DNA of 63,433 nt, counting the filler, from Sphacelaria rigidula (taxonomy: Eukaryota), in the NCBI GenBank assembly GCA_964200075.2. It is 11 parts of 11 records of this genome, joined end to end, with 100 filler letters (N's around TTAATTAATTAA, not from the genome) between each part and the next. Parts side by side here need not be neighbours in the genome. Positions count along the whole stretch, not along the records: positions 23,105 to 28,780 come from CAXNAA020025342.1; positions 28,881 to 34,556 come from CAXNAA020025343.1; 9 more parts are not named here. The stretch is one strand, 5' to 3'. Of the stretch, positions 24,489-34,656 are shown piece after piece. Under the pieces are notes generated by a model. That model was not told the origin of the DNA and made no database searches. It saw only the letters and a program-made list of their open reading frames with translations. How positions within the stretch are numbered: position 1 is the first letter of the stretch; each line of letters starts with the position of its first letter. Both the position numbers and the translations under genes were made by a program.

Positions 24489-27400
24489 TCTCCTCGCGAC
24501 GATGAAAGCTCAAGGACAGGAGATCGGCATCACGTACTGGGAATCTCCGGAGAGGAAGTGCCTAAACGAGTGCAGGTTGCCGATGCCTGAAGTTCCCGAC
24601 CTCCTCGAGAACACCGTCAACAACAAGAGTAGCAGCAATGGGGTGGTGGTTGCGCGGAAGTCGGGTGACAGCGGCGGTCGAGTGAGTCTGGCCTCCCTGT
24701 GTATTGCAGTGTGTGTATGTTGTGCGACTCTTTGTACTGTACGTGATCATGTTTCTGCTGACAAAAATCACAAGGCTTGATATATTAATGATGACGTCTG
24801 TTTTTGTACAACGGAGAAAGTAGTATAGTAATCTCATGTGTTCTGTGTTTGAGCGGATGGCACTGGTAAAATAGTGATATGTATATATATATATGTATAT
24901 GTACATAACGGTCGACGAGGGAAAGGGACTGCTGAACCCCTCTCGTGATAAAAAATAAAGGCAAGCACCGCAAAAGGAAGGTGGGGTGTTAATAAAAAAT
25001 AAAAAAAAGCTTCTGTGTTGCCCTTCCTCCTGTGTGACCCCGGCTGATGCGCCCACATACCGAAAGGTGTTGACTGGTGCCCAGAATAAATGGGACGACA
25101 ACAAACAACAACACACACAAATGTACAAAAAGTTGATTACACATCTGTACATATGAACAAGGAGTCGAGCGGCCGGACGATTTACGATTCGTTTTGAATA
25201 TTACGTGTTTTCAGTGTCATGGAGTGGTACCATGCGAATCAATCGTCGGGCTTTGTGTTCAATCTTGTAGTAGGTACGCGTACCCTCAGGCACGCGGAAT
25301 AACGCAGACATTTCTTACGGTAAGAAAGACGTCCGTGTACCAGCGATCAATTTTTTCTTCTCCCCTTGGAGCAGTAAGTCATCAAAAGTGGTAGATTCGG
25401 GAATTTGAATAAGCGATGATCCGTCCGGCCCTTGAAAAGTGTCTACACCACACGCTGGGTAATGACAATATATGGTCAACAGATGCAATAGACGAGATAT
25501 GTACTGGACATATTAAAAGCGTATTGCAACTATTGACTGTCGACAGTAGTTTATTGACTGTCGACAATAGTTGCAATAGGCCTACACTCTACCCTGAAAA
25601 AAAGATTACGTTGTCGAAAAAGTTTACTGCGTACAGTATCGACTATTGCGGCTATTGCAACAGACAAAATATTCCATACCCTACGCAGTACATTTTTTTT
25701 ACAATAGAATGTAGTGTCCACGGTGGCTCAGTTGGTAACCTCGAAACCTTCTGACGGTTGGGTCGCGGGTTCAAATCTCGGAGCGATCTGGATTTTTTTC
25801 TCACACCATGCCAACAACAGTGGAGAGCGACTGTGTCGTGGGTACGCAAAATTCGACTCAACCGTCGACGCGGGAAAGGGACTGCTGAAACCCTCTCGCG
25901 ATAAAAATCTAAATGCAGACGAGCACCGCAGAAGGAAGGCGGAGTGCTTAACACCAACAAGGAAGAAAAAGCCGCTGTATTGACCTTCCTCCTGTGTGAC
26001 CCCGGCTAGTGCGCCCACATGTACCGAAAGATGTAGACTAGCGTCCAGAATAGATGGGACGACAACACACAACAACACAACACAACAGGGTGTGGTCTAC
26101 ACACACACACACACACACACACGCGCGCGCGCGCACATTAAGAGAGGCGAAGGCGGTCGATGTTCTTCTGTTCGACTGAAGGAAAGTAATATAATCCCTG
26201 GAAGGAAGTATCTTTTTTCGGATAATGTTGTAATGGTTGTGGTGAAGTGTGGTTGTGGGGGGTGATGGCGGCGGGAAACGGGGCTCTTGTTTATTGTAGA
26301 TCTTGTTATTGCTCCAAATATTGGTTGTTTTCTTTCAAAAGTGTAATGACGTTTTTGTGCTCTGCGCTCGATTGTTCTTGGCTCACGATGTGTAGATCTC
26401 AGCATGTAGATATGATATGATATGATATGATATGATTTGTGGGTGTGATTGTCGCACTCGAGCATGTATGCTGTTCTTTGCTTCGTTTGTGTTCAAACGT
26501 GTGATTGCTTTGCTTTGCTTTGCTTTGCTTTGCTTTTATTTCCGTGTTGTCTTGCGTGTGTGGTGTGTTGCGTGTCGTCCAGGTGTTGAGCCCTGGTTGG
26601 GTTGAATCCCCAGGAGGATGGAAGGAACCCAGACACTGTCACTCGGGAGGGCTCGCCATCTGGAAGCATGGCCCAGCAAGGCACCGTGCAAAGTGAGTCT
26701 GAGTCTAGGTGTTCATTTTTTCTTCTTCCTGTTGATACGACTATATTCTACTCGAAACGATGTGCAGAGCGATGGTCTCGTCCGTGGTGCTGCTGCGGTT
26801 CTAGCGAGCCGGTCCCCTCCGTGGAGCATGGCGTCGCTAAAGGGGGCAGAATAGATAATGGCCCGATCAGGGTATATTGCGGTTTTAGTAAGCCGGCCCT
26901 CTCCGTGGGGCATGGCGTCGCCAAAGGGGGCAGAATAGATAATGACCCGATGAGGGCATATTGCGGTTCTAGTAAGCCGACCCCCTCCGTGGAGCATGGC
27001 GTCGCTAAAGGGGGCAGAATAGATAATGGCCCGATCAGGGCATATTGCGGTTCTAGTAAGCCGGCCCCCTATGTGAAGCATGATGTGGCTAAAGGGGGCA
27101 AAATATATAATGACCCGATTAGAACATGTTGCGGCTCTAGCGAGCCGATCCCCTCCATGGAGCATGGCGTCGCTAAAGGCGGCAGAATAGACAATGGCTC
27201 GATGAGGGCATGTTGCGATTCTAGTAAGCCGCCCCCCCTCCGTGGAGCATGACGTCGCTTAAGGGGGCAGAATAGACAATGACTCGAGTAGGGGATGTAA
27301 TATCCGCTCCATAGAGAAACCGAACGGCCCCGGCTTCCTGCGGGAAAACAATACGGCGATGGACGCATGTGTGTGTGTTTGAAAACTCATGTGCATGTCC

Positions 27401-27948
27401 GGCTGGACCTCGCACTTTTCCCGTTTTTCTTCATCTTAGAGACTGCGAAGTACCTGGTCATTTTCCAAGGGGCCTTGTCTTCGCCAATGTGAACGTTAGT
27501 GGCTTGATCTTGAGGTTTTATATGTACAAACGTTCATGTGCATCTTTGTCGAAGGAATAGCAAAATCATTGTTTACAGTCCAAGTGGTACGGGTCTTGTG
27601 TAACTTACGGTGGGAGCTATACGGGGTATATCACCCAGGTTGATCGGAGGGACAGCCGATTCGAAGAGTGTTCTACGTTCATGATAAGTCGTTGTTGTTG
27701 CTGTTGCTGTTGCTGTTGTTGTTGTACAGTGCTATATTGGTGTCAGCGTGCCAGTATCAACATCGTTATTATTCGGCCATTTTTTCATACGTTGAATCAT
27801 TGCCAATCGCTGTATGTTTTGTCGCGGAACGGAAACACAGGATAGCCGGAGACTTCCAGGAACACTGCTGCTCAGCCCTTCTGGGGTCAACGAGAGTCCC
27901 GCCCGGAGCCGAGACGATGATGTTGGATGGATTCTTTCATGCCACAGG
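24489..27948 (+). CDS. Partial multi-exon gene, unknown protein
   Basis: Exons 24489-24681, 26583-26692 and 27841-27948 all have AG acceptors and GTGAG donors, and their phases are compatible. They read LLATMKAQGQEIGITYWESPERKCLNECRLP...|VLSPGWVESPGGWKEPRHCHSGGLAIWKHGPARHRAK|IAGDFQEHCCSALLGS...DGFFHATG. Confidence 0.65.
24910..25119 (+). mobile_element. SINE family A, 5'-truncated copy
   Basis: Matches the 3' ~210 bp of 25721-26087, including the CAA/CA tail. Confidence 0.8.
25721..26087 (+). mobile_element. tRNA-derived SINE, family A (near full length)
   Basis: Head carries Pol III A box TGGCTCAGTTGG and B box GGTTCAAATC. Conserved body ccttcctcctgtgtgaccccggct...ccagaatagatgggacgacaac, then a CAA/CA-rich tail. 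Seven copies occur in the window. Confidence 0.85.
26794..27283. repeat. 84-bp tandem repeat, about 5.8 units (intronic)
   Basis: Units start at about 26794, 26878, 26962, 27046, 27130 and 27214. Consensus: tgcggttctagtaagccggccccctccgtggagcatggcgtcgctaaagggggcagaatagataatggcccgatcagggcatat. Confidence 0.95.
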
Positions 27949-28780
27949 GTGAGCCCACTTCACTTCCCCATGCTTCGTTTGTATGCGTTCTAAATGTGCG
28001 TTTACTTTGATTCTTGTGTAAGCGCATACTCTTTCTTGTTCTTTTGTTCTTTTTGTTCTTTTTTTTTCCTTTTTTTCTCTTCTTCTAATTCTTCTCTTTC
28101 ATCCCTAAGGCGTAGAGAGGCCTGTCGGTTTTCCCACGCTGTGTGTTTTTTAGTTCGTACCGTTTTCTTCGTCACCATGTGTTCGTGTTTTTTTATAGTT
28201 ACATAGCCACCGATCCCAAGCGTGGGAGTTCTCAGCTGCTCGGTGCACTCAGCCTTCGTCATTTTCGTTTGTATGTAGGTTTTCCCTCCTCAAAGCAGCC
28301 ACTTCCCTGGGGGAGGCTATCAGGGCGTCACCCTCTCTCTTGACATATTTTCCCCCTCTAGAACAGAATGCATTTTTTATCATCAAAAACTCCATGGTTG
28401 GTCTTTGGCTACAAGAACGAGAACGAAGGACACGGGTTCGGACGTGTACGTACCCATTGGTCTATACATGGGTACCTACTCTTGGTCCTTGATCCCGCCC
28501 CCCCCCCCCCCCCCGCCTCCGGCCCCCCTCGAGATATATTTTTTGTGACCCCAATCACTCAGACCTGTTGGAAATTGTTTTATTTTTCAAGCATAGTGTT
28601 GCCACAATATTTTGTGCCGAACCTTCGCCGAAGTTTTCATTTTGTGTTGGGGCTTAGAACTACTCATGTCTCTTTCCATCAATACCATTTACCCCCCCCC
28701 CCCCCCCCCCCCCTTTTTTTTTTTCTCTCATTGTTTTTTAAAATTACGCCCCTTCACTCCCCCACAAGACCCCGACCTGG

Positions 28781-28880
28781 NNNNNNNNNNNNNNNNNNNN
28801 NNNNNNNNNNNNNNNNNNNNNNNNTTAATTAATTAANNNNNNNNNNNNNNNNNNNNNNNNNNNNNNNNNNNNNNNNNNNN
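28781..28880. other. Artificial scaffold spacer
   Basis: N44-TTAATTAATTAA-N44. Confidence 0.97.
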
Positions 28881-28958
28881 CCGGCTGATGCGCCCACAGA
28901 TACCGAAAGGTGTAGACTGGTACCCAGAATAAATGAGACGACAACACACAACACACAC
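28881..28958 (+). mobile_element. SINE family A, 3' end
   Basis: ccggctgatgcgcccaca...ccagaataaatgagacgacaacacac. Confidence 0.8.
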
Positions 28959-28959
28959 A

Positions 28960-29436
28960 TCTGGATGTAAAATACATCAAAAATGTCCCTGGCATTCGTG
29001 AATGTTGCTGCTTTTCCATCCCATGGTGGTATGTTTGTGTTGCTGCGAACACGGTGGGAATGATGGTTGTGAAACTGTGCTTGCGGTGCTGTAGCTGCAG
29101 GCATCACCGGTGTACTGTTCACCTGCTTCATTCTATTCATCTCTTCAGTAAGATGTCTCAATTGTTCTGCCATGGTCGTAGGGTCATGGTATTCCGCCAT
29201 ATTGAAACATAGTTAAGTTGCCAACCTTGCTCAACCTTTACTCGAACCTGGAAACTCCCACACGTCTCTCTTGAAACCTCTTCGACTCAAACTCTCCTCT
29301 TGCTCAATTTTCTCTCCAATCTCAAACCCTACCGCAATGGCGGCGAATCTCTTCCGCTAGCGCGAGAAAGGCTGACCGACGTGGGCAGTGAGTAACTCGT
29401 TTGTCTGCGCGTGAAGTACATTGTACTCGCATAACC
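28960..29436 (-). mobile_element. Ty1/Copia-like retrotransposon 5' leader and gag N-terminus (fragment)
   Basis: GGTTATG at 29436-29430 resembles the half-tRNA-iMet primer-binding site of Copia elements. A purine-rich leader follows, then an ORF from 29200: MAEYHDP...NIPPWDGKAATF (gag-like P-x-[FW]-DG). A SINE interrupts the ORF. Confidence 0.5.
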
Positions 29437-30068
29437 TACATCATTAGACACTATTCCTCTGATTGGCCATTATAATGCTCCGCAACCTCAACATGGTTGA
29501 CGTCTACTTGTACCACACCACTATATCTTGCATGACTCTTGTACATGACTGAGCGTGAGGATATCTGATCAAATTCCGATGGTCGACTGTCACTTGGGAG
29601 GAGAGACTTATTACCACATCCTCGATACGTTGCAAACGTTGGCCCCATACGCTCCATAACGCCTGCAAAGGTGCTGCTGCAAAAGCAAGGGCGGTATAGA
29701 ATAGGCAGGGGGAAATGGGTCGCCTTAAAAGCACAACATATCGCGCGCCGCGCCAGCTGACACTATTTTCGCCGACTCCACCATTCACGGCAGGTTCAGG
29801 TGATGAAGAGCCGCTGCATCTGGTGCACGTTTTGGCTCGTAATACAGTGGATGTTATGTATTCAGGCATCCAGGAAATAGCCCCATCGTGGAACGAGGGT
29901 CTACCAGATGACGCGCTCTTAGTTGATCAGTGAGTATCAACAATACTAGTGAATAAGCGGATGAACAAGAGAGACCACACAGCAAAGTTGCTGGTGTATC
30001 GAAAGATAATTTCGACCGATTTGTTCAGTGTAATCACCTCTTTATTCGTCGTGCACACATTCCTGTAG

Positions 30069-33000
30069 ATGCTCGCGCCCGCACTCTATCGCGCATACCC
30101 TCGCAGGATTCAAAAGGTCTACACGGAGAAGCTGCACCGTCGACGGCCCGTGGTGATTTTCGTCACACGTGAAGAAGTGTGTTCCCTTGCGGACGCGTTG
30201 TCGACACCAATCCAAGGGGCGACTAGCAGTGCGAATACGCGTGACAGTGCCGAGGTCCACGTAAACTATGACCCGGTTGGAGAAACGCAGACGGGGGAAA
30301 CTGATGGAGAGGATCGCCTGTCTACGATTCCCGTGGCGCTCATGACTCTGGGATGGGATAAAACAGGATCGCCGCTGTATTTATCCAAGTACAGTGATTG
30401 TTCTACCACCCTATTGGAGCTCCCACAAGTTGTACAATGGTTCATTTCGCACGAGAAGGGCAACCATGCCCGCCCACCTAAGGTGAGCAGCAAGTTAAGC
30501 TTCTTGTCTGAACTTCCTCAAATTGCGAATGGGGGAAGTGGGTAAGCAGTTAGCGGCACGTACACGGAACTTCTGCACCGGATTGACACTGCGACGGCTG
30601 ATATGTCGGCAAAAAATGTAATCTCCACAGGGACGCGGAGGCTGAGGTTCAAAAACAACATCATGGTCGCGAGATCGAGATTGACGTCGTGGTGCCTCAT
30701 TTTCCATTTGCTCTTCTTTCCCATACACATGGTTGATAAAAAAACAACTGGTTGCTGCGTCACTCTAAAAGTTTAAGTTCGACTCGACGCGCTGCCGACC
30801 TGGATCCCCGTATGTGAGGAGAACTTCGTAGCAGTCGCTGACAGTAACATGGCCACCGAAAAACCTTCACTGGCGTTCGATGCTCCGCGTGTTCAGGTTG
30901 AATACGTAGGTGTTGGATTTGGTGATACGAAAACAAGGAGCGGGCTGGAGCAGTCAGTATATATCGACGCTACGACAGCCAAGCTACGCAAGCTGGAATA
31001 CTGCCACGACAGCGAAGCCGGCTCGTGAGAAAACCATGGGCAGTCGGAAGGAGACAATGGATATGAAATCGGTTTGAACCTGTGATCGGCTTTAGGAGTA
31101 GGGTTGGGGTGACGGTTAGGGATATACCTGTAGGCGGGGTTTTCTCTACATTTTTCCGCCTTTGTTGCCGTATACTCTGTCTTGCGTATGACCAAAATGA
31201 ACGGAATGTTGGCAGGAGGGAAATGTGAACACTCGTTCCCTTGCCATTTCCGCGGCAGTGATGCCGCTGGATGTGATTCGTTGCATCATTTCGTGCACGA
31301 CTCACGGGTAACGTATCTAAATATGGGATCGAGTTAGCGCTATCCCCGAGTGTTTCCCAACGAGGACACGAGTCCCTGGCCGTGCCTTACTCGACGTTGG
31401 TCATCGTGGGTCTCGGGCGATGATGATACAGGATGGATCTTCTGTTCATGTGCAACAACGCGGCTCCAAGGACTGCTCGACCAGCGATCAACGAGGCGTT
31501 GGATACCCCGGGACATGAAGGTTGGTCGTGCGATATATTTCCTTGCCACGCAGAGCGAAAGTACTAAGTTGAAATCACGGAGTCTCTAGAGCTCTATTTC
31601 AGCATATGCTAATCGTGGGTGTTGCTGGTTTTAATCTCATCTCTCCATCTCTAGAGCTATGTCGCCATCAGTCTGCTGCTTTATCACGCTACCTCTACAG
31701 AAACATTAACATCTGATACACGTAATGCCGTAGAAAAGGATGAACACTACGAAAACGCCAGGTCTAAAACATAGACGGGTCTAGGGCAACCACAGTTTTC
31801 GTGTCGTAGTGCACCGCGTGCATTTGATGACGGCAAGCATCCACTTCTCTATTACCATAGTGTGTTTTTACTAAGAGACTCACGCGTTTAGTTGGCTGTT
31901 ATAAACCAGTCGCCCCGATTGCTCAGTTGGTAACCTCGTAATCGTAACCTTCTGATGGTTGAGTAAGGGGGTTCGATTCCTGGAGCGATCTGGAATCTTT
32001 TCTCACACCATGCCCAACAGTGGAGAGCGCCTATGTCGTGGGTACTGCTGAACCCCTCTCGCGATAAAAAATAAAGGCAAGCATCGCAGAAGGAAGGTGG
32101 GGTAATAAAAACAAAGAAAAGAAAAAGCTCCTGTGTTGACCTTCCTCCTGTGTGACCCCGGCTGATGCGCCCACATATACCGAAAGGTGTAGACTGGTAC
32201 CCAGAATAAATGGGACGACAGCACAACGACAACACATATAGAACATTTCTCACAGCTTCTCGTGCTCGTCCCGTGCCCCTCCCTCGCCTTCGTGTCTGCT
32301 CCAGCCGCAAAGGTCGTACCGATGAATCGCTACCCCATGGAGCCAGAAGAACTTGTGCGGGCCACCACCGAAGGGTTTTTTGCCGTCAGCCCAGCAGGCA
32401 CACGTAAGTCGTCATCTCCACGTGCTCCGTGCATGCGATGTTATTGGCTCTCCGAACATGTCAACCGTTTCATACACAGTCTCAGCGTTGCACACCCCTA
32501 ACCGCACCTGTTTGTTGGGAGTCGCACGGCTACAGGATAGATCTTCTCTTCATATGCAACAACACGTCTCCAACTCCTCGATCAGCGATCAACGAGGTGT
32601 TGGATACCCCAAGACATGAAGCTTGGTCGTGCGATGAGTCGCACGGCGAGTTCCTACAACGCAACAGAATGGCTCAGATCCCACGAAATGCCGCACCTCT
32701 GCGACGCGTGGAACAAGTGACTGCACACGAAACGTTCACACACTTGGTTTCACTACTAGTCAACCTTTAATCCAATCTGCTGGGTTTGCTTCACCGTGTC
32801 ACACCACCAACTGCTCCGCAGGCCCGGACGGCTTTCGACACTACGAGTACCTTCTTGCAGGGAATATCGTGTACATGACAGACCATCCAAGCTTGCGAAT
32901 CGTGAGTGGGCGCTGCAGTTGGATGCTGGCAAGGCATGACTAGGGCTTGTGTAAAAAGCAACTCTCGGGTGTTTATTTTTTTACACCTGGAAAGATGTCT

Positions 33001-33628
33001 GCCTCGTTTTCGTTTCGGGTATGGAATACTGAATACTGTAAATCTCAACCTGTGTGTGTCGAGTAGCTCGACGGTACCTGTAACGGAGTACGAGTGAGTG
33101 CAGAATAGTCGCCGAGACGTGGAAACCTTTCGCCACGAGAAAAACTCAGACATATGGACATCCGAACTAGGATGTTCGAATGCTCTCAAACCCAAACAAA
33201 CAGAGCATTCGCGTAAGAACCTTCAATCATGTGCCCATGCATCACTATAGTTTCGATGCGTTACTTGTATCGAATCCCTTCTTTTCCTCGCGCTCTTGCT
33301 CTGTACGAGGCAGATATTCGCAGATTTACCTGTTGTGTTCGTGGAAGGTGAACCCGAAAGCTGGGCTGAAATAACGTGTGACGTAATGAAGGAGCACGCC
33401 ATAATGGTGGCCCGTCGCGTAGAAGAAGCCCTGGAACCTGGCAGCGCTGGTCCAGCCTTCCGATACGACAAGCTCACCCTGCGCTACTGGGAAGAGTTCG
33501 TGAGGGATCGAGTGTGGGCGGCAGGGGCCGTGTACGCTGGGAGCAGCCAAGGGATGGAGACTGGTCGGGATCGACCACTCGAAAGAAACGACGTAATGGC
33601 GGTGGGCCATGTTCGATTAAACCCTTGA
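30069..33628 (+). CDS. Exostosin/GT47-like glycosyltransferase-fold protein (multi-exon, some junctions unresolved)
   Basis: Exons: 30069-30482 (LMTLGWD...LLELPQVVQWF...PPK), 30897-~31024 (VEYVGVGF), 32313-32403 (FFAVSPAGT), 32822-32901 (PDGFRHYEYLLAGN) and 33314-33628 (IFADLPVVFV...WAEIT...YDKLTLRYW...stop). The last three splice in phase and parallel the SPxGxGxDxHRxWExxxxG...LPVxxVxxWxEIT...KLxxxYW pattern. Possible extra exons lie at about 29709-29929 and 31216-31307. Confidence 0.7.
31909..32236 (+). mobile_element. tRNA-derived SINE, family A (intronic)
   Basis: A box TTGCTCAGTTGG and B box GGTTCGATTCC, with body and tail as in 25721-26087. Confidence 0.85.
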
Positions 33629-34556
33629 TCAGGCTGGTACAGGGGATTGTGGATAGGAAAAAACGAGCGACGAGAATGGCGCGAACACTGTAGCATTTGC
33701 TTACTTAGACCGCGGATTTCCGTGATTTAAAATCAAAACAATATAGCCTCGAATTTGAAATCCGATCTAGGGTAGGGATGGGGGGCGATATTTTGAGGCG
33801 AATCAGCTGTTTAGATTTCTGTACGCAGGGAGTCTAGGGGGCCACTGTGGAAAGTCCGCCGGATAATCTGTAGAATGCCTATGGTATCTCTGTGGAGGTG
33901 CCGTAGAACAACCGATTCTAAATTCTGGGGTTCAAAATTATGATTGGTTCGAGCGGTATATCCCTTCGATTTTCCTGTCACAAGCGAGAGGCTGCTACGT
34001 CGAGGGCCGCTAGACAAATAATCCCGTCTGCTCATATCGGTTGCTGATTATGTCCTTAGTCGGTGGCTCTGCGGTGCCCACTGTCGTGTTTGTATATAAT
34101 CTGCTGCTCTGAATCCCTTGGGCTTTTTCCTTTTGAGTTACTCTCTTCCGTTTTTTTTGCTCTATTTTGTTTAGGTCAGCCTTCTCTTTTTGCGCCTTGC
34201 ACTTGTTCACTTTTTTCTTCTCTGTTTTTTACGTCTTAGTCTATTATGCCGTTCTGTTCGACTTTTCTCTTCTCCTTTCTTGAGCGAGTGTTTCAGTTTT
34301 GCTTTTTCTTGGGTACGTCTATCATGCGACCACGACTGAACCCCTCGGGGGCCAGTTGAGAGGGCGACACTCAATCAAAATCGAAAATCAAGAATCAAAA
34401 TCTTCTAATTCTCGTCCGCCTCTGGGAGGGATGGGGCGTACTCATTTGTTGCTTGCCTTAGTCATTTGACCATTGACCACGCATCCCTTTCGAGACGGAG
34501 CATCTGGGAGGGATGGGGGGGGCGTAATTACTCGGGCGCGCGCGCGCGCGGGGGGG

Positions 34557-34656
34557 NNNNNNNNNNNNNNNNNNNNNNNNNNNNNNNNNNNNNNNNNNNN
34601 TTAATTAATTAANNNNNNNNNNNNNNNNNNNNNNNNNNNNNNNNNNNNNNNNNNNN
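34557..34656. other. Artificial scaffold spacer
   Basis: N44-TTAATTAATTAA-N44. Confidence 0.97.

Noticed and set aside
25721..25790. Possible tRNA gene (also about 31909, 42960, 5893-5960 and 59090-59140)
   Set aside because: A/B boxes are present but no convincing cloverleaf. Most continue into SINE bodies.
26794..27283. Possible CRISPR array
   Set aside because: Whole 84-bp units repeat with no unique spacers, no cas genes are present, and the context is a eukaryotic intron.
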